Source of the DNA: an uncultured delta proteobacterium
Lineage (GTDB): Bacteria; Myxococcota_A; Polyangia; Palsa-1104
Assembly (NCBI GenBank): GCA_963785725.1
Contig: CAWAWS010000003.1
Location: forward strand, 320,001-384,000
Length of the DNA: 64,000 bases
Direction: 5' to 3'
Within the stretch, counting starts at the first letter, position 1; every line of letters begins with the position of its first letter. This document shows positions 44,486 to 55,194 of the stretch, one piece after another. The position numbers were made by a program, and so were the translations under genes. Below the pieces are notes generated by a model that was not told where the DNA came from, did not search any database, and was given only the letters and a program-made list of their open reading frames with translations.

Positions 44486-45496
44486 ATGAACACTTACCGA
44501 GTCATGCAGGTGCCGCGCGTCGGCGTCTTGGAGCTGGCGGAGAGGCCGCTCGTCGATCCGGCGCCGGGTGACGTGCGCATTCGCGTGGAGGCGTGCGGCG
44601 TGTGCCACACGGACGCGCTGAGCGTGCAGTACGGGCAGTCGTTTCCGCGCGTGCCCGGACACGAGGTCATCGGTCGTATCGAGGCGGTCGGCGCCGGCAC
44701 GTCGACCTGGCGCGTCGGGCAGCGCGTCGGCGTCGGGTATCTCGGCGGCCATTGTGGCGTCTGTCGGGAATGCCGCGGCGGTCACTTCGTCCACTGCCTG
44801 GCGCAGCCGCAGACCGGCAGCAGCGTCGACGGTGGCTACGCCGAGGTCATGTACGCGCGGCAGTCGGGCCTCGTCGCCGTTCCCGAAGGGCTGGACGCGG
44901 CGGAGGCGGCGCCGCTCTTGTGCGCCGGGCTGACCACGTTCAACGCGCTCCGCAATGCCGGCATTCGCGCCGGCGAGACCGTGGCCATACAGGGGCTGGG
45001 CGGCCTCGGACATCTGGCCGTGCAGTACGCGCGGCGCATGGGCTTGCGCGTGGTGGCCGTGGCGCGCGGCGCCGACAAGGGCGAGCTCGCCCGCGAGCTT
45101 GGCGCGCATCATTACATCGACAGCGATGCCGTGAACGCGGCCGCGGCGCTGACCGAGCTCGGCGGCGCGCGCCTGATTCTGTCGACGGTGGCGAGCGCCA
45201 AAGCGATGTCGGCGCTGTTCGCAGGGCTGGCGCCGCGCGGGCAGCTGATCGCGCTCGGTGCGGACGTCGCGCCGCTGGAGCTGTCGTTGCCGGCGCTGTT
45301 GTTCGGCGGGCGCAGCGTGTCGGGCGCGCTGACCGGCACGGCGCTTGACGCCGAGGAGACGCTTGCCTTCAGCGAGCTCTCGGGCATCCGCGCGCGAATC
45401 GAGACGATGCCGCTCGAACGCGCCGCCGACGCCTACGGCAAGATGATGCGCAACGAAGCCCGCTTCCGCATGGTGCTGCGAGCGACGCGGGCGTAA
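44486..45496 (+). CDS. Zinc-dependent alcohol dehydrogenase
   Basis: CGVCHTD, GHE, CGVCRECRGG..C, GLGGLG; SD AAGGAG. Confidence 0.95.
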   Translation: MNTYRVMQVPRVGVLELAERPLVDPAPGDVRIRVEACGVCHTDALSVQYGQSFPRVPGHEVIGRIEAVGAGTSTWRVGQRVGVGYLGGHCGVCRECRGGHFVHCLAQPQTGSSVDGGYAEVMYARQSGLVAVPEGLDAAEAAPLLCAGLTTFNALRNAGIRAGETVAIQGLGGLGHLAVQYARRMGLRVVAVARGADKGELARELGAHHYIDSDAVNAAAALTELGGARLILSTVASAKAMSALFAGLAPRGQLIALGADVAPLELSLPALLFGGRSVSGALTGTALDAEETLAFSELSGIRARIETMPLERAADAYGKMMRNEARFRMVLRATRA

Positions 45497-45520
45497 GCGA
45501 TCGTCGCGAAGCCAGGCGAG

Positions 45521-47227
45521 CTACGCGCACCGGCGGCGGCGAACGAGCAGCAGCAACGCGACGGCGAAGACGAGCAGCCCCGACGGCGCCGGGGAGCCGC
45601 CGCCGTAGCTGCAGCCGTGCGCGACGACGATGCCGCCGCCGCCACTTCCGCCGCCGCTGCTTCCGCCGCCGCCGCTGTTGCCACTGCCGCCGCCACTTCC
45701 GCCGCCGCCGCTGCTGCCGCTTCCGCCGCCGCCGCCGAGGTCGGGCGCGCCGGCGTCGGGAATGACGCCGCCGTCGTCGACGCTCATGTCCGTGATCGGC
45801 GGCGTCGGGCAGGTGAGCGTGCCGTCGTCGTTGCTGATGTCGCCGTTGCAGGGCAAGGCCAGGCTCGGCCCCAAGTTGGCGCTGCCGTCGATCATCGTGC
45901 ACGACTGGCAGGTGAGCGCGCAGCCTTTACCGCGCATGTCGGCGACGCAGTTGGTGCAGCTGTTGGAATAGCTGCCGCTCGGCAACGTGCAGGTGTTGGT
46001 CGGCGAGCCCGGCGGCGGCGCCGTCTGCAAGAGCCTGCCGTTGGGCGTGCCCCAGCCGGTGGGGCCGTCGAAGCCCGGCAGCGCGTTGCACGCGTAGCTC
46101 GGGCTACAGCTGCCGTTGCCGACGTTGCTGCCCGCGGTGATGTCGTAGAAGTTGACCGAGTTGCCCCACACCCACGCGGGCGAGAACTTGCCGTTGGCGA
46201 TGCCGATCGCGGTCATGGCGCCTGCGGTGAACGGCGCGGCGACGCTGGTGCCGCCGAAGACGGCCCAGCCGTTGGGGCCGGTCGTGCCGTAGATGGCGAC
46301 GCCGGTGCCGGGATCGGCGACGGCCGAGACGTCGCCCGACATGCGCGTCGCGCAGCCGGGATCGGTCTGCCACGCCGGCTTCTGCATGACGGTGGAGCAG
46401 CCGCTGCCCGTGCCCGACCACGCGACCTCGGCCCAGCCGCGGCCGTTCGACGCCTTCTGCAGCGTCGTGCCGCCGACGGCGAGCGTGCCTTGGCAGACCG
46501 TGGGCAACCAATCGACGGTGCCGGGATAGCCGCTGTCGCCGAGCGCCGACGTGATGAGCACGCCGCCGGGCGCGTTGAAGCCGCTCGACTGGCACCAGGA
46601 TGCGTTGTCGGTGGGATCGGTGGACCAGTCGATGCTGAAGCTGAACGCGACCGCGCCTTTGGCGATGACCGTCTGCAACATGACGTCGGCGTCGGCGCCT
46701 TCGATGAGCATGATCTTGCACGAGGGACAGGCGGCGCTCGCCATTTCGATGTCGAGCGTCTGCTCGGTCTCGTCGCTGCCGGCGGCGGGATAGGCGGTGC
46801 CGCCGTGCTCGTCGATCTTCATGAAGCAGCCGTTGGCGGTGGTGCAAGCCGGCAGGCCGTACTGCGCGCGATAGACGCCGAGGTCACTCTCGGCGGTCGG
46901 CAGATCGCTGTTGCCGCCGAAGATGGCGACGATCTGGCCCGCGCCCGGACCGCCGCTCGTCGGCAGCCCGTAAGCCGCCTCCAAATCGGCGGGGCCGTAA
47001 CCGCCGACGGGCTGCGACAGCGAATGGATGGGAACGCCGGCGGCGTCGGTGACGATCTTGACGTCGCAGCGGCGGCCGCCGTTCTCGCGCGGGCACAGGT
47101 CCTTGTAAGTCACGGCGGGCGCGGTCGCTTGCGCGCTTTGGGCGACGACGGCGGCGCTGCTCGGACGAGTGGTGGCGGCGTCACAGCCGGCGGCAAGGAG
47201 GAGCGCGAGTCCGAGAACGTTTCGCAT
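45521..47227 (-). CDS. S53 (sedolisin-like) peptidase lipoprotein with CVNH-like domain and MYXO-CTERM
   Basis: Lipobox LAAGC; EQTLD, GDSG, GGTSVAAP, DGPTGWGTP; PSGSYSNSC..NDDGTLTC; GCS..LLLLVRRRR. Confidence 0.88.
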   Translation of the reverse strand: MRNVLGLALLLAAGCDAATTRPSSAAVVAQSAQATAPAVTYKDLCPRENGGRRCDVKIVTDAAGVPIHSLSQPVGGYGPADLEAAYGLPTSGGPGAGQIVAIFGGNSDLPTAESDLGVYRAQYGLPACTTANGCFMKIDEHGGTAYPAAGSDETEQTLDIEMASAACPSCKIMLIEGADADVMLQTVIAKGAVAFSFSIDWSTDPTDNASWCQSSGFNAPGGVLITSALGDSGYPGTVDWLPTVCQGTLAVGGTTLQKASNGRGWAEVAWSGTGSGCSTVMQKPAWQTDPGCATRMSGDVSAVADPGTGVAIYGTTGPNGWAVFGGTSVAAPFTAGAMTAIGIANGKFSPAWVWGNSVNFYDITAGSNVGNGSCSPSYACNALPGFDGPTGWGTPNGRLLQTAPPPGSPTNTCTLPSGSYSNSCTNCVADMRGKGCALTCQSCTMIDGSANLGPSLALPCNGDISNDDGTLTCPTPPITDMSVDDGGVIPDAGAPDLGGGGGSGSSGGGGSGGGSGNSGGGGSSGGGSGGGGIVVAHGCSYGGGSPAPSGLLVFAVALLLLVRRRRCA

Positions 47228-47981
47228 GGAGATCGGCAATCCTTCACGACAGGTGCCAGCGCGGGCGCGAGTCATTCTGGTTAGGTAGACGGGAAGGAGC
47301 GGAGAGCTTGGGCACCGCTTGTCTCGAAGGCGCGACACTGGTGGGCTGCAGTCTCGCACGAAGCCGCGTCGCGGAAGAGTCGCGCCTTGGCGCTATCGCC
47401 GTGTGGGTCCGTGAATGCGGGCGCGCAGAAGATGCGACAGCGTCGGCGCCGCCGGCGCGAACGGGCGCGCGGCGCGGCAGCTTCCGGCGTGGCCGTCGCG
47501 CGCCGAGCGACGCGCGGCTGCGAATGCGCGTGCGACGCGATGACGAACGCGCGCACGGGACGTCTTGCGGCCCTCAATGCGCCGAAGCTGACGAGCTCAG
47601 CGAGCTATACCTCGACGCGACGGATTTGTCCGTCGGGCCAGCTTTCTCGGCAGTCCGGAAGACACGAAGAGCTGTCCGTTGTGCGGATCCAAAGACGAGA
47701 CTGCATCGCACCTTCCGAATGCGATGAGCGGCCCGATTTAAGGCCATCAATCGACTCGAGCCAACTCATCGCGGAGATCGAGCACCTCTTACGAATATTG
47801 CGGTCTCCCGATCGGCTCAGGTCGCGACAGGAACGTAGGCTTCCGCGCGTACGAGCAATCGCCGCAGCCGCCGACGCTTCGAGACCAAGCGAGCACTCGA
47901 GCGCTGCGCGCGAATACACATTGCGCGGAATGACGGGCCCTCGGATGTGGCACTCGGTTGACTTTCGAGGCTTCGGTTAGC

Positions 47982-47997
47982 CGGCATACGCATTGCT
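47982..47997 (+). promoter_or_regulatory. Putative sigma54 promoter
   Basis: CGGCAT-ACGCA-TTGCT, 26 bp before ATG 48024, with SD GAGG between. Confidence 0.7.
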
Positions 47998-48023
47998 CGT
48001 GCGTTGGGCTTCGAGGTGCTCGC

Positions 48024-51000
48024 ATGACGCTCGTTCGCGCGCTCGCCCAGCCCGCTCTCCTCCCGCTCGCTTTCGCACCGCTCGTCCTCGCCGCGTGCAA
48101 CGACGCCACACCCGCCGCGCCGACGGTGAACGCGCTCATCACGGCGCCGCTCATTCCCATCAACGTGGGCAACGCGCTCACGCTGCCGGCGCAGCGACAC
48201 CTCGTGCGCATCGGCGCCACGATGCTGCTCGCGCTGCAGCAGGACGGCGCCGACGGTCACATGCTGGGCATGTTCCGCTCCGACGACGACGGCGTCAGCT
48301 TCCAGCGCATCGGCGGAATCCAGGACACGACCGTCGATCGCGACGAGGCCGACATGGTCGTCGTCGGCCAGGATATCGCGCTGGTCTACTCCTACGAAGG
48401 GCCGGACCTCGTCGGCTCGACGGCGCATGACGTCTACTTCCAATGGTGGCGCAACACCAGCGGCACGTGGGCGCCGTCGCCGCCGATCAAGATCTTCGAC
48501 TCCACGTCGAGCAGCAACGGCTTCTACCGCGCCGAGCTGACCATCGACTCGCTCGGCCGCTATTGGGTGCACAGCTTTTACCTCGAGAGCGACGGCAGCG
48601 CGACCGCCTACGTCGCCGTGTCGTCCGACGGCGGCGCCACCTTCGCGCAGCAGCCGACGCTGGCGCACCTGCCCTATCGCGGCGGCGGACGCATGCTCAG
48701 CGTCGGCACGCGCATCGTCTTCGTCTACGACGGCCATGACGACGGCACCAACCCCTCGTACGTGCGCACCCGCAACGACGCCGACCCGCTCACGGTCTGG
48801 AGCGCCCAGCAGGTGCTCTTCCCCGAAGGCATCTACCACGGCGCCGCCTGCAGCGCCGTCGCCGACGGCCACGGCGGCATGCACCTCGTCTACAAGGACA
48901 AGAACCAGTACCTCTGGTATCGCTACTTCGACGGCAGCAATTTCGGCAGCGCCCAGCTCGTCGAGGACGTCGGCGACTGGGAGCTGCAGCCGGCGGTGAC
49001 GCGCGTCGGCGACAATCTCGCCATCTTCTACAACCGCGTCCTCACCACCAACACCAACGACGAAGTGCGCGTGCGCGTCCTGCACGCGGGCGCGCTCGGT
49101 GCGCCGACGGTGCTCGACTCGACGGGCGGCTTCAAGGGCTATCCGGCGGCAATCGACGTGCTGCCGGCGACCGCGACCGACGTCCACTGCTTCTTCGGTG
49201 ACACGCCCGACGCCAACAGCGGCGGAGAGGCGACGCTGTACACCATCTCGTGGACGCCGGCTTCGCCGCCGCCGCCCGCCGACATGGCCGCGGCGCCGCC
49301 GGCCAATCTCGCCGGCGGCGGTGGCGCGCCGAGCCAGCTCTTCTCCGACAGCTTCGCGCGCAGCATCGCGCCCAACGGCGGCCTCGGCGCCAACTGGACC
49401 GTCGCCGCCGGCGACTGGTACGTCGACGGCCGCGCCGACAGCGACCTCGACGGCTCCAACCTCGTCGCCGAGAACGTCGCCTCCTGCCGCGACTGCACCG
49501 CCCAAGCCAGCGTCATCACCTTCGGCACCGAAGGCGGCGTCTACTTGCGCGCCCCCGCCACCACCTCCAGCGACCGCTACGACTTCGTCCTCGTGTCCAA
49601 CGGCCACCTGCAGCTGCGCCGCGTGCGCTCCGGCGTCGTCACCGTCCTCGCCGACGCGCCCAGCGGCCTCAGCGCGCTCGACGTCGCCGCCACGCTCACG
49701 CTCTCGGCGACCGGCGCCGGTCCCGTCGCGCTCACCGGCAGCCTCAACGGCGTCGTCGCGCTCACCGTCAGCGACAGCTCCGCCGCCGCGCTCGTCTCCG
49801 CCGGCTGGGCCGGCTTGTGGACCACCAACGCCGGCGTTCCCTTCGACAACTTCTCGCTGTCGTCGCTCGGCGGCGGTGGCGGCGGCGCGCCCGCCGACAT
49901 GGCGCGCGCCTCCGATCTATCGACGGCGCCGCCGCTCGACCTCGCCCACGCCGCGCCGCCCGACCTGACGACGCCGCCGCTCGATCTCGCCCACGCCGCG
50001 CCGCCCGATCTGACGACGGCACCGGTCGATCTCGCGCACGCGGCGCCGCCCGATATGACGACGACGCCGGCCGATCTCGGCGGCGGCGCCGTGCCGAGCC
50101 AGCTCTTCTCCGACAGCTTCGCGCGCAGCATCGCGCCCAACGGCGGCCTCGGCGCCAACTGGACCGTCGCCGCCGGCGACTGGTACGTCGACGGCCGCGC
50201 CGACAGCGACCTCGACGGCTCCAACCTCGTCGCCGAGAACGTCGCCCCCTGCCGCGACTGCACCGCCCAAGCCAGCGTCATCACCTTCGGCACCGAAGGC
50301 GGCGTCTACTTGCGCGCCCCCGCCACCACCTCCAGCGACCGTTACGACTTCGTCCTCGTGTCCAACGGCCACCTGCAGCTGCGCCGCGTGCGCTCCAGCG
50401 TCGTCACCGTGCTCGCCGACGCGCCCAGCGGCCTCAGCGCGCTCGACGTCGCCGCCACCCTCACGCTCTCGGCGACCGGCGCCGGTCCCGTCGCGCTCAC
50501 CGGCAGCCTCAACGGCGTCGTCGCCCTCACCGTCAGCGACAGCTCCGCCGCCGCGCTCGTCTCCGCCGGCTGGGCCGGCTTGTGGACCACCAACGCCGGC
50601 GTTCCCTTCGACAACTTCTCGCTCGTCGGCATCCTCGCGAACAGCGGCACCGGCGGTGGCGGCGGCACCGGCGGTGGCGGTGGCGGCGGCGGCGGTGGCG
50701 GCGGCAGCTTCGCCGTGCAGGTCACGTATACCGACACCGCGCACGTGCTGCAGGCCGTCGATCCCTCGGGCACCGCCTACGCGACCGCGCTCGCCGACGC
50801 CTCGGGAACCCACGTCCTCGCCTCGACCGACGGCCGCGCCTGGACCGCTCGCGGCGTCCACTCCGCCGGCGAGATCGATCTCATGACCGCGACCGCGAAC
50901 GGCACGCTCCTCGCCATCAGCCGCGAAGGCAGCGGCAACGTCATCGCGCGCTCGACCGATCATGGCGCCACCTGGAGCGACGTCCTTGCGCTCGGCGTCT

Positions 51001-51725
51001 ATCGCGGGCTGACGCCGCACAGCTTCGCCGAGCTCGACGGCACCGTCTACTTCGTCGAATACCAAACCTTCACCGAGGACGCGACGCCCATTCGCCTGTG
51101 GGCCTCCACCGACGGCGGCGCCACCTGGTCCGTGCGCTTCACCTTTCAGGGCCATCGCCACGGCCACGGCCTGTGCGCCGACGGCAACGCGCACGTCCTC
51201 TGGGCCTACTTCGGCGACACCGACCCGCAGAGCGGCATCTTCCGCTCGGCGGACGGCGGCAACAGCTGGCAATTCATGCTCGGCAACCAGGACGGCGACG
51301 TCGTCGACGCGACGCCGCTGCCCGGCGGCGGCCTGCTCTTCGGCCAAGACATCTCGTACCTGCCGACGACACCGGCGGTGGCGAGCCTCGACGCGACCGG
51401 CACCTACACGATCCTCGCGCCCCTCATCGGACCGAGCTACTCCATCCACGCGCTGGCCGCGGGCGGCTTCGTCGTCGGCAGCGCGCGCGAAAACGGCGGC
51501 GACATCTACCCGCCGGGCGAGGTGAGCGCGCACCTCTACGGCTCGTCCGACGGCGTCAGCTGGACCAAGCTGCTCGACTATCCGTGGCTCGATCCCAACG
51601 CCGACTACGTGCGCGCCGACGTCTATTGGGAGCTTCCGGCGACGCACGAGCTCGTGCTCACGCTCTACAACGCGGCCGGCTTTGGCCCCAACGGCGAGGG
51701 CTACCAGCTCTTGCGCCGTCAATAG
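48024..51725 (+). CDS. Large lipoprotein: BNR/sialidase-like propeller, two near-identical beta-sandwich domains, second BNR propeller
   Basis: Lipobox LAAC; Asp-boxes SDDDGVSF, SSDGGATF, STDHGATW, SADGGNSW; duplicated LFSDSFAR...FDNFSL domain. Confidence 0.85.
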   Translation: MTLVRALAQPALLPLAFAPLVLAACNDATPAAPTVNALITAPLIPINVGNALTLPAQRHLVRIGATMLLALQQDGADGHMLGMFRSDDDGVSFQRIGGIQDTTVDRDEADMVVVGQDIALVYSYEGPDLVGSTAHDVYFQWWRNTSGTWAPSPPIKIFDSTSSSNGFYRAELTIDSLGRYWVHSFYLESDGSATAYVAVSSDGGATFAQQPTLAHLPYRGGGRMLSVGTRIVFVYDGHDDGTNPSYVRTRNDADPLTVWSAQQVLFPEGIYHGAACSAVADGHGGMHLVYKDKNQYLWYRYFDGSNFGSAQLVEDVGDWELQPAVTRVGDNLAIFYNRVLTTNTNDEVRVRVLHAGALGAPTVLDSTGGFKGYPAAIDVLPATATDVHCFFGDTPDANSGGEATLYTISWTPASPPPPADMAAAPPANLAGGGGAPSQLFSDSFARSIAPNGGLGANWTVAAGDWYVDGRADSDLDGSNLVAENVASCRDCTAQASVITFGTEGGVYLRAPATTSSDRYDFVLVSNGHLQLRRVRSGVVTVLADAPSGLSALDVAATLTLSATGAGPVALTGSLNGVVALTVSDSSAAALVSAGWAGLWTTNAGVPFDNFSLSSLGGGGGGAPADMARASDLSTAPPLDLAHAAPPDLTTPPLDLAHAAPPDLTTAPVDLAHAAPPDMTTTPADLGGGAVPSQLFSDSFARSIAPNGGLGANWTVAAGDWYVDGRADSDLDGSNLVAENVAPCRDCTAQASVITFGTEGGVYLRAPATTSSDRYDFVLVSNGHLQLRRVRSSVVTVLADAPSGLSALDVAATLTLSATGAGPVALTGSLNGVVALTVSDSSAAALVSAGWAGLWTTNAGVPFDNFSLVGILANSGTGGGGGTGGGGGGGGGGGGSFAVQVTYTDTAHVLQAVDPSGTAYATALADASGTHVLASTDGRAWTARGVHSAGEIDLMTATANGTLLAISREGSGNVIARSTDHGATWSDVLALGVYRGLTPHSFAELDGTVYFVEYQTFTEDATPIRLWASTDGGATWSVRFTFQGHRHGHGLCADGNAHVLWAYFGDTDPQSGIFRSADGGNSWQFMLGNQDGDVVDATPLPGGGLLFGQDISYLPTTPAVASLDATGTYTILAPLIGPSYSIHALAAGGFVVGSARENGGDIYPPGEVSAHLYGSSDGVSWTKLLDYPWLDPNADYVRADVYWELPATHELVLTLYNAAGFGPNGEGYQLLRRQ
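49328..50623 (+). repeat. 531-bp intragenic direct repeat (49328-49858 / 50093-50623)
   Basis: Offset 765 bp; about 6 substitutions seen by eye. Confidence 0.95.
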
Positions 51726-51750
51726 CCGTCGCGCTGCAGGATCGGCGGAA

Positions 51751-52452
51751 TCACACGGCGTCGTGAAAGATGATTCCGAGCGTGTGGCGGCTTCCCTCGC
51801 GAATCTTGCTCACGCCGTGCCGCAAGGTCACCCGATATTCGCCGCGAGCGCCGAGCTGCGGCCGACTATTGACGGCAAACACCACCGCATCGCCTTTGCC
51901 GAGCGGCACGACCGCCGCGCGCGACTGCATGCGTGGCCGCTGTTCGGTCAGGACCAGCTCGCCGCCACGAAATGCGCGCCCCGGTTCCGACAACAGCGTC
52001 GCCACTTGCAAGGGAAACACTTGCTCCCCGTAAAGATCTTGATGCAATCGATTGTAGTCGCCGGGGCCATATTTGAGCAGCAGCGGCGTCGGTCGCGTCT
52101 GCCCCGCTGCGTGGCACCGTTCGATGAACGCCGCGTGCGTCGCTGGGAATCGGCTCTCCAATCGCAGTCGCTCATGCCAGCGATTGGCGATGGGCGCCAG
52201 ATAGGGATAGAGCCCGGTGCGCAGGGTTTCGACCAACGGCGGTAACGGATAAGCGAAGTAACGATATTCGCCCTGGCCGAATCCATGCCGCGCCATCACG
52301 ACGCGGCTGCGGAATCCATCATTGGCGCTCGTATAGGACGCGGCGACGGCGTCGCACTCCGGCGCAGTCAGCAGCTGCGGAATGACGGCCCATCCTTCGC
52401 TATCCAATTCGTCGGATAGGCGCGCCCAATCGATCTGGCTCGCCGGCGTCAC
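51751..52452 (-). CDS. 2OG-Fe(II) oxygenase (DUF2086-like, Ada-associated)
   Basis: [57 protein letters not shown] overlap with the ada stop. Confidence 0.88.
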   Translation of the reverse strand: MTPASQIDWARLSDELDSEGWAVIPQLLTAPECDAVAASYTSANDGFRSRVVMARHGFGQGEYRYFAYPLPPLVETLRTGLYPYLAPIANRWHERLRLESRFPATHAAFIERCHAAGQTRPTPLLLKYGPGDYNRLHQDLYGEQVFPLQVATLLSEPGRAFRGGELVLTEQRPRMQSRAAVVPLGKGDAVVFAVNSRPQLGARGEYRVTLRHGVSKIREGSRHTLGIIFHDAV

Positions 52453-53533
52453 GACGCAGTCTCCGCCTGCAAGAGCCGGCGCTTGCGCTCGACGCCCCAG
52501 GCATATCCGGAGAGCGAGCCGTCCTGGCGCACCACGCGGTGGCACGGGATCGCCACTGCCAAATGATTGGCCGCGCAGGCGCCGGCGACGGCCCGCGCTG
52601 ACTTGGGCGCGCCGATCCGCTCGGCAAGCTCGACGATAAGTCACCGTCCGGCCGGCCGGGATCTTGCGCAGCACTTGCCACACGCGCCGTTGAAACGCGG
52701 TCCCGCGCACGTCGAGCGGCAGATTGCAGCCGAGCCCCGGCGCGCTCGACGAAGCTCACGACTTTGGCGACCAAGCTCTCGTAAGCGCGGTCGGCGCCAA
52801 TCAATCGCGCCTTGGGGAAGCGATCTTGAAGGTCGTGCACCAATGCCTCCGGATCGTCACCCATTAAGATCGCGGCGACGCCCTTCCGGCTCGACGCGAC
52901 CAGGATCGCGCCCAGCTGCGACTGCGCCACCGCAAACCGCAGCTCCTCGTTCGTGCCGCCCGCGCGATAAGCGGTCGGCGTCATCCCGAGCATGGCCGCG
53001 GCCTTCTCGTAGAAACGGCCGCTCGAATTGAAACCAGATCCATAAATCGCGTCAGTCACGGTATTGCCTTTCTGCAGCTGCGCTCGAGCGCGCGTGTCTC
53101 GATGCGCCGCTGCGTAGTCTTTGGGCGTCAGGCCCGTCGCTGCTTTGAACAGCCGATGAAAGTGACTCGTGCTCAGCCCAACCGAGCGCGCCAGCTCCAC
53201 CAACGTCGGCGGCTCCTCGCTCTGCTCGATGTGGCGACAGGCTTTGACCACCGTCTCCGCGTTCTCCTCGCCGAGCGACGGACCATCCGGTCGACAGCGC
53301 TTGCAGGGCCTGAAACCGGTCGCCTGCGCAGCCTTCAGCGTGTCGTGCAGGCGCACGTTCTTCGGATTGGCGCCGCGCGAGGCGCACGATGGTCGGCAAT
53401 AGACGCGCGTGGTCGCCACGCTGTACCAAAACGCGCCGTCCGCCGTGCGGTCGCGGGCGACGACGCGCGCCCAGCGCGGATCGCGCGCGATCGCCGCTGC
53501 GCGCTCGGCACTCTTCGATTTCGGCTTGCTCAC
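52449..53533 (-). pseudogene. ada: Bifunctional Ada regulator/O6-methylguanine methyltransferase with two +1 frameshifts
   Basis: YCRPSC..FRPCKRC Zn site, AraC HTH, GTAFQRRVW, IPCHRVV; extra bases at 52744 and 52635. Confidence 0.9.
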
Positions 53534-53564
53534 GACCCCTCCTCGCCGCTGGTCTGTCGTCACT

Positions 53565-53611
53565 ATGATAGCGGCGACCGCCACCAGCACTCCGAGTCTT
53601 GCTTTCAAATC
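53565..53611 (-). promoter_or_regulatory. Ada-box-like site and -10
   Basis: GAT-TTGAAA-GCAA (cf. AAT-N6-GCAA) upstream of a poor -35 and TATCAT. Confidence 0.5.
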
Positions 53612-53981
53612 CAGGCCAGATTCGCGCCGAGCGCTATGCCAAAATGACGATATTCGGGCTCGAACGCTGCGATGGGCGCGGATGAAGCGGCGCCGTCGAT
53701 GGGCGGCGAAGCGGGTCGCCGGAGGCGCCTTCGCCTCGTCAGATGCCCACGCTCAGCGACGACCCCGCGGGCGCGAAGCTGGATTTGGCGACGACTGTCA
53801 CTCCGCCGGCGGTTCATGGCCGCCGTCATTCGTCGAATTCCATTCGGCGCCCGTCGCCCACGACGGGCCGGTGCAGCTCGGGCCCGCGTGTTCGAGGGTG
53901 GCGAAACGGGCGCCGGCGTCGCCGCTGCTTATAGCCACTGGAATAACCATTATCGATTTTGATTAGTCGAGGAGATTTGCA

Positions 53982-54611
53982 ATGGAAATGAATCGATTGA
54001 GCCACCAAGACCAAATGAAGGCGCAGCTCGCGGACTGGCGCAAGCGGCTCGACGTGCTCGAGGGCAGTGCCGCGAAAGCGGAGGCGGGCGCGAAGAGCGA
54101 GCTCGATATGCTGGCCCACGAGCTCCGCGAGCTCGAGACGTCGGCGAAGAAGCTCTACGACGAGCTCTCGACCGCGTCGGCGGATACCTGGAGCTCGCTG
54201 AAGACGACTTTGGACGGCACGTGGGCTCGAGTCAGCAATTCGGTCGATTCGACCTGGGGGCGCTGGCTCGCTCGCCAAGAGCCGGTCAAGCGCGAGCACA
54301 AGAAGCAGCTACACGATCGTGTCGAAGAGCGGCGCCGGCAGCTGACGGCGACGCTGCTCGGCTTGCAACTCGATCCGCAGAGCGCCAAGAGCGAGCGCGC
54401 GAGCGCCATCGAGGGCGCGCTCGCGGCACTGCAGACGCATGTGAGCGGCGGTTGGGACGTCGTCGACGAGTCGGAATCGGCGGCGCTCGTGCGCTGGCTC
54501 GACTCCTCCAAGTTTCTCTTCGATAGCAATGCGACGAGCGGCGAAGTCGCGCCGCCGGCCGCTGTTCCGAGCCCGGCCGTCGTCGAAAACAAGACCACTA
54601 CTGCACCGTAA
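53982..54611 (+). CDS. Coiled-coil hypothetical (stress-associated type)
   Basis: SD GAGGAG; MKAQLADW..RLD.LE...EL..AS.DTW..LK...W pattern. Confidence 0.75.
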   Translation: MEMNRLSHQDQMKAQLADWRKRLDVLEGSAAKAEAGAKSELDMLAHELRELETSAKKLYDELSTASADTWSSLKTTLDGTWARVSNSVDSTWGRWLARQEPVKREHKKQLHDRVEERRRQLTATLLGLQLDPQSAKSERASAIEGALAALQTHVSGGWDVVDESESAALVRWLDSSKFLFDSNATSGEVAPPAAVPSPAVVENKTTTAP

Positions 54612-54634
54612 GCTCGAGCCAAGGAGAACCGACA

Positions 54635-54826
54635 ATGGGCGAGGTTATCGATAAGATCAAAGGCAAGGCGAAGCAGGTCGAGGGCATCATCACCGGCGAC
54701 AAGGCGCGCCAGCACGAGGGTGAGCTCGACGAGGCGAAGGGCAATGTAAAGGGCGTCGTCAATCAGGTCGAAGGCGTGGTCACCGCCGCCGTCGATGTCG
54801 TCAAGCACGTCGTGAAGAAGATTTGA
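54635..54826 (+). CDS. CsbD family stress protein
   Basis: DKIKGKAKQVEG.ITGD....EG.LDEAKG; SD AAGGAG. Confidence 0.9.
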   Translation: MGEVIDKIKGKAKQVEGIITGDKARQHEGELDEAKGNVKGVVNQVEGVVTAAVDVVKHVVKKI

Positions 54827-55194
54827 CGATTAGATCGAAGAGGCCGGGAAGTAGCCTGCGCGCCGCCGGCCCCGCTTTCGTCGTTACCAATGATTGGTGC
54901 GGCAATATGCCGCATCATTATAAGACCATGTTAGACCGGCAATTGATCGGCGATCGAGAGTGGCGAATCCGGTTTGTGTCGATTGTTCGGCTTATTCTCG
55001 ATCGCGCTCTTGTGGCTCTCGGATTCATTGCTAGGTTGTGCGGGCCCGCCAGACTCCATCCCGCTTCATAGCAGCGAACAAGCTCTCCTGACTCTTTCGC
55101 AGGCTCGCGGTCGGTCGACATCCTCCGGCGATGTCGATCGGTCTGACCGTCCGCCGCAGTCTTCAATGGTTCACTTGATGGAGGCAGTAAACAC

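Noticed and set aside
47243..47258. Sigma54-like TGGCAC-CTGTC-GTGA before the S53 peptidase, and TGGCAC-TCGG-TTGA at 47948
   Set aside because: -12 GC absent or spacing wrong
47300..47940. ncRNA or gene in the long intergenic region
   Set aside because: No recognisable RNA family or codon bias; at most a tiny receiver-like remnant
49328..50623. DGR template/variable repeat pair
   Set aside because: Differences are not adenine-specific, both copies are in frame in one gene, and no reverse transcriptase is present
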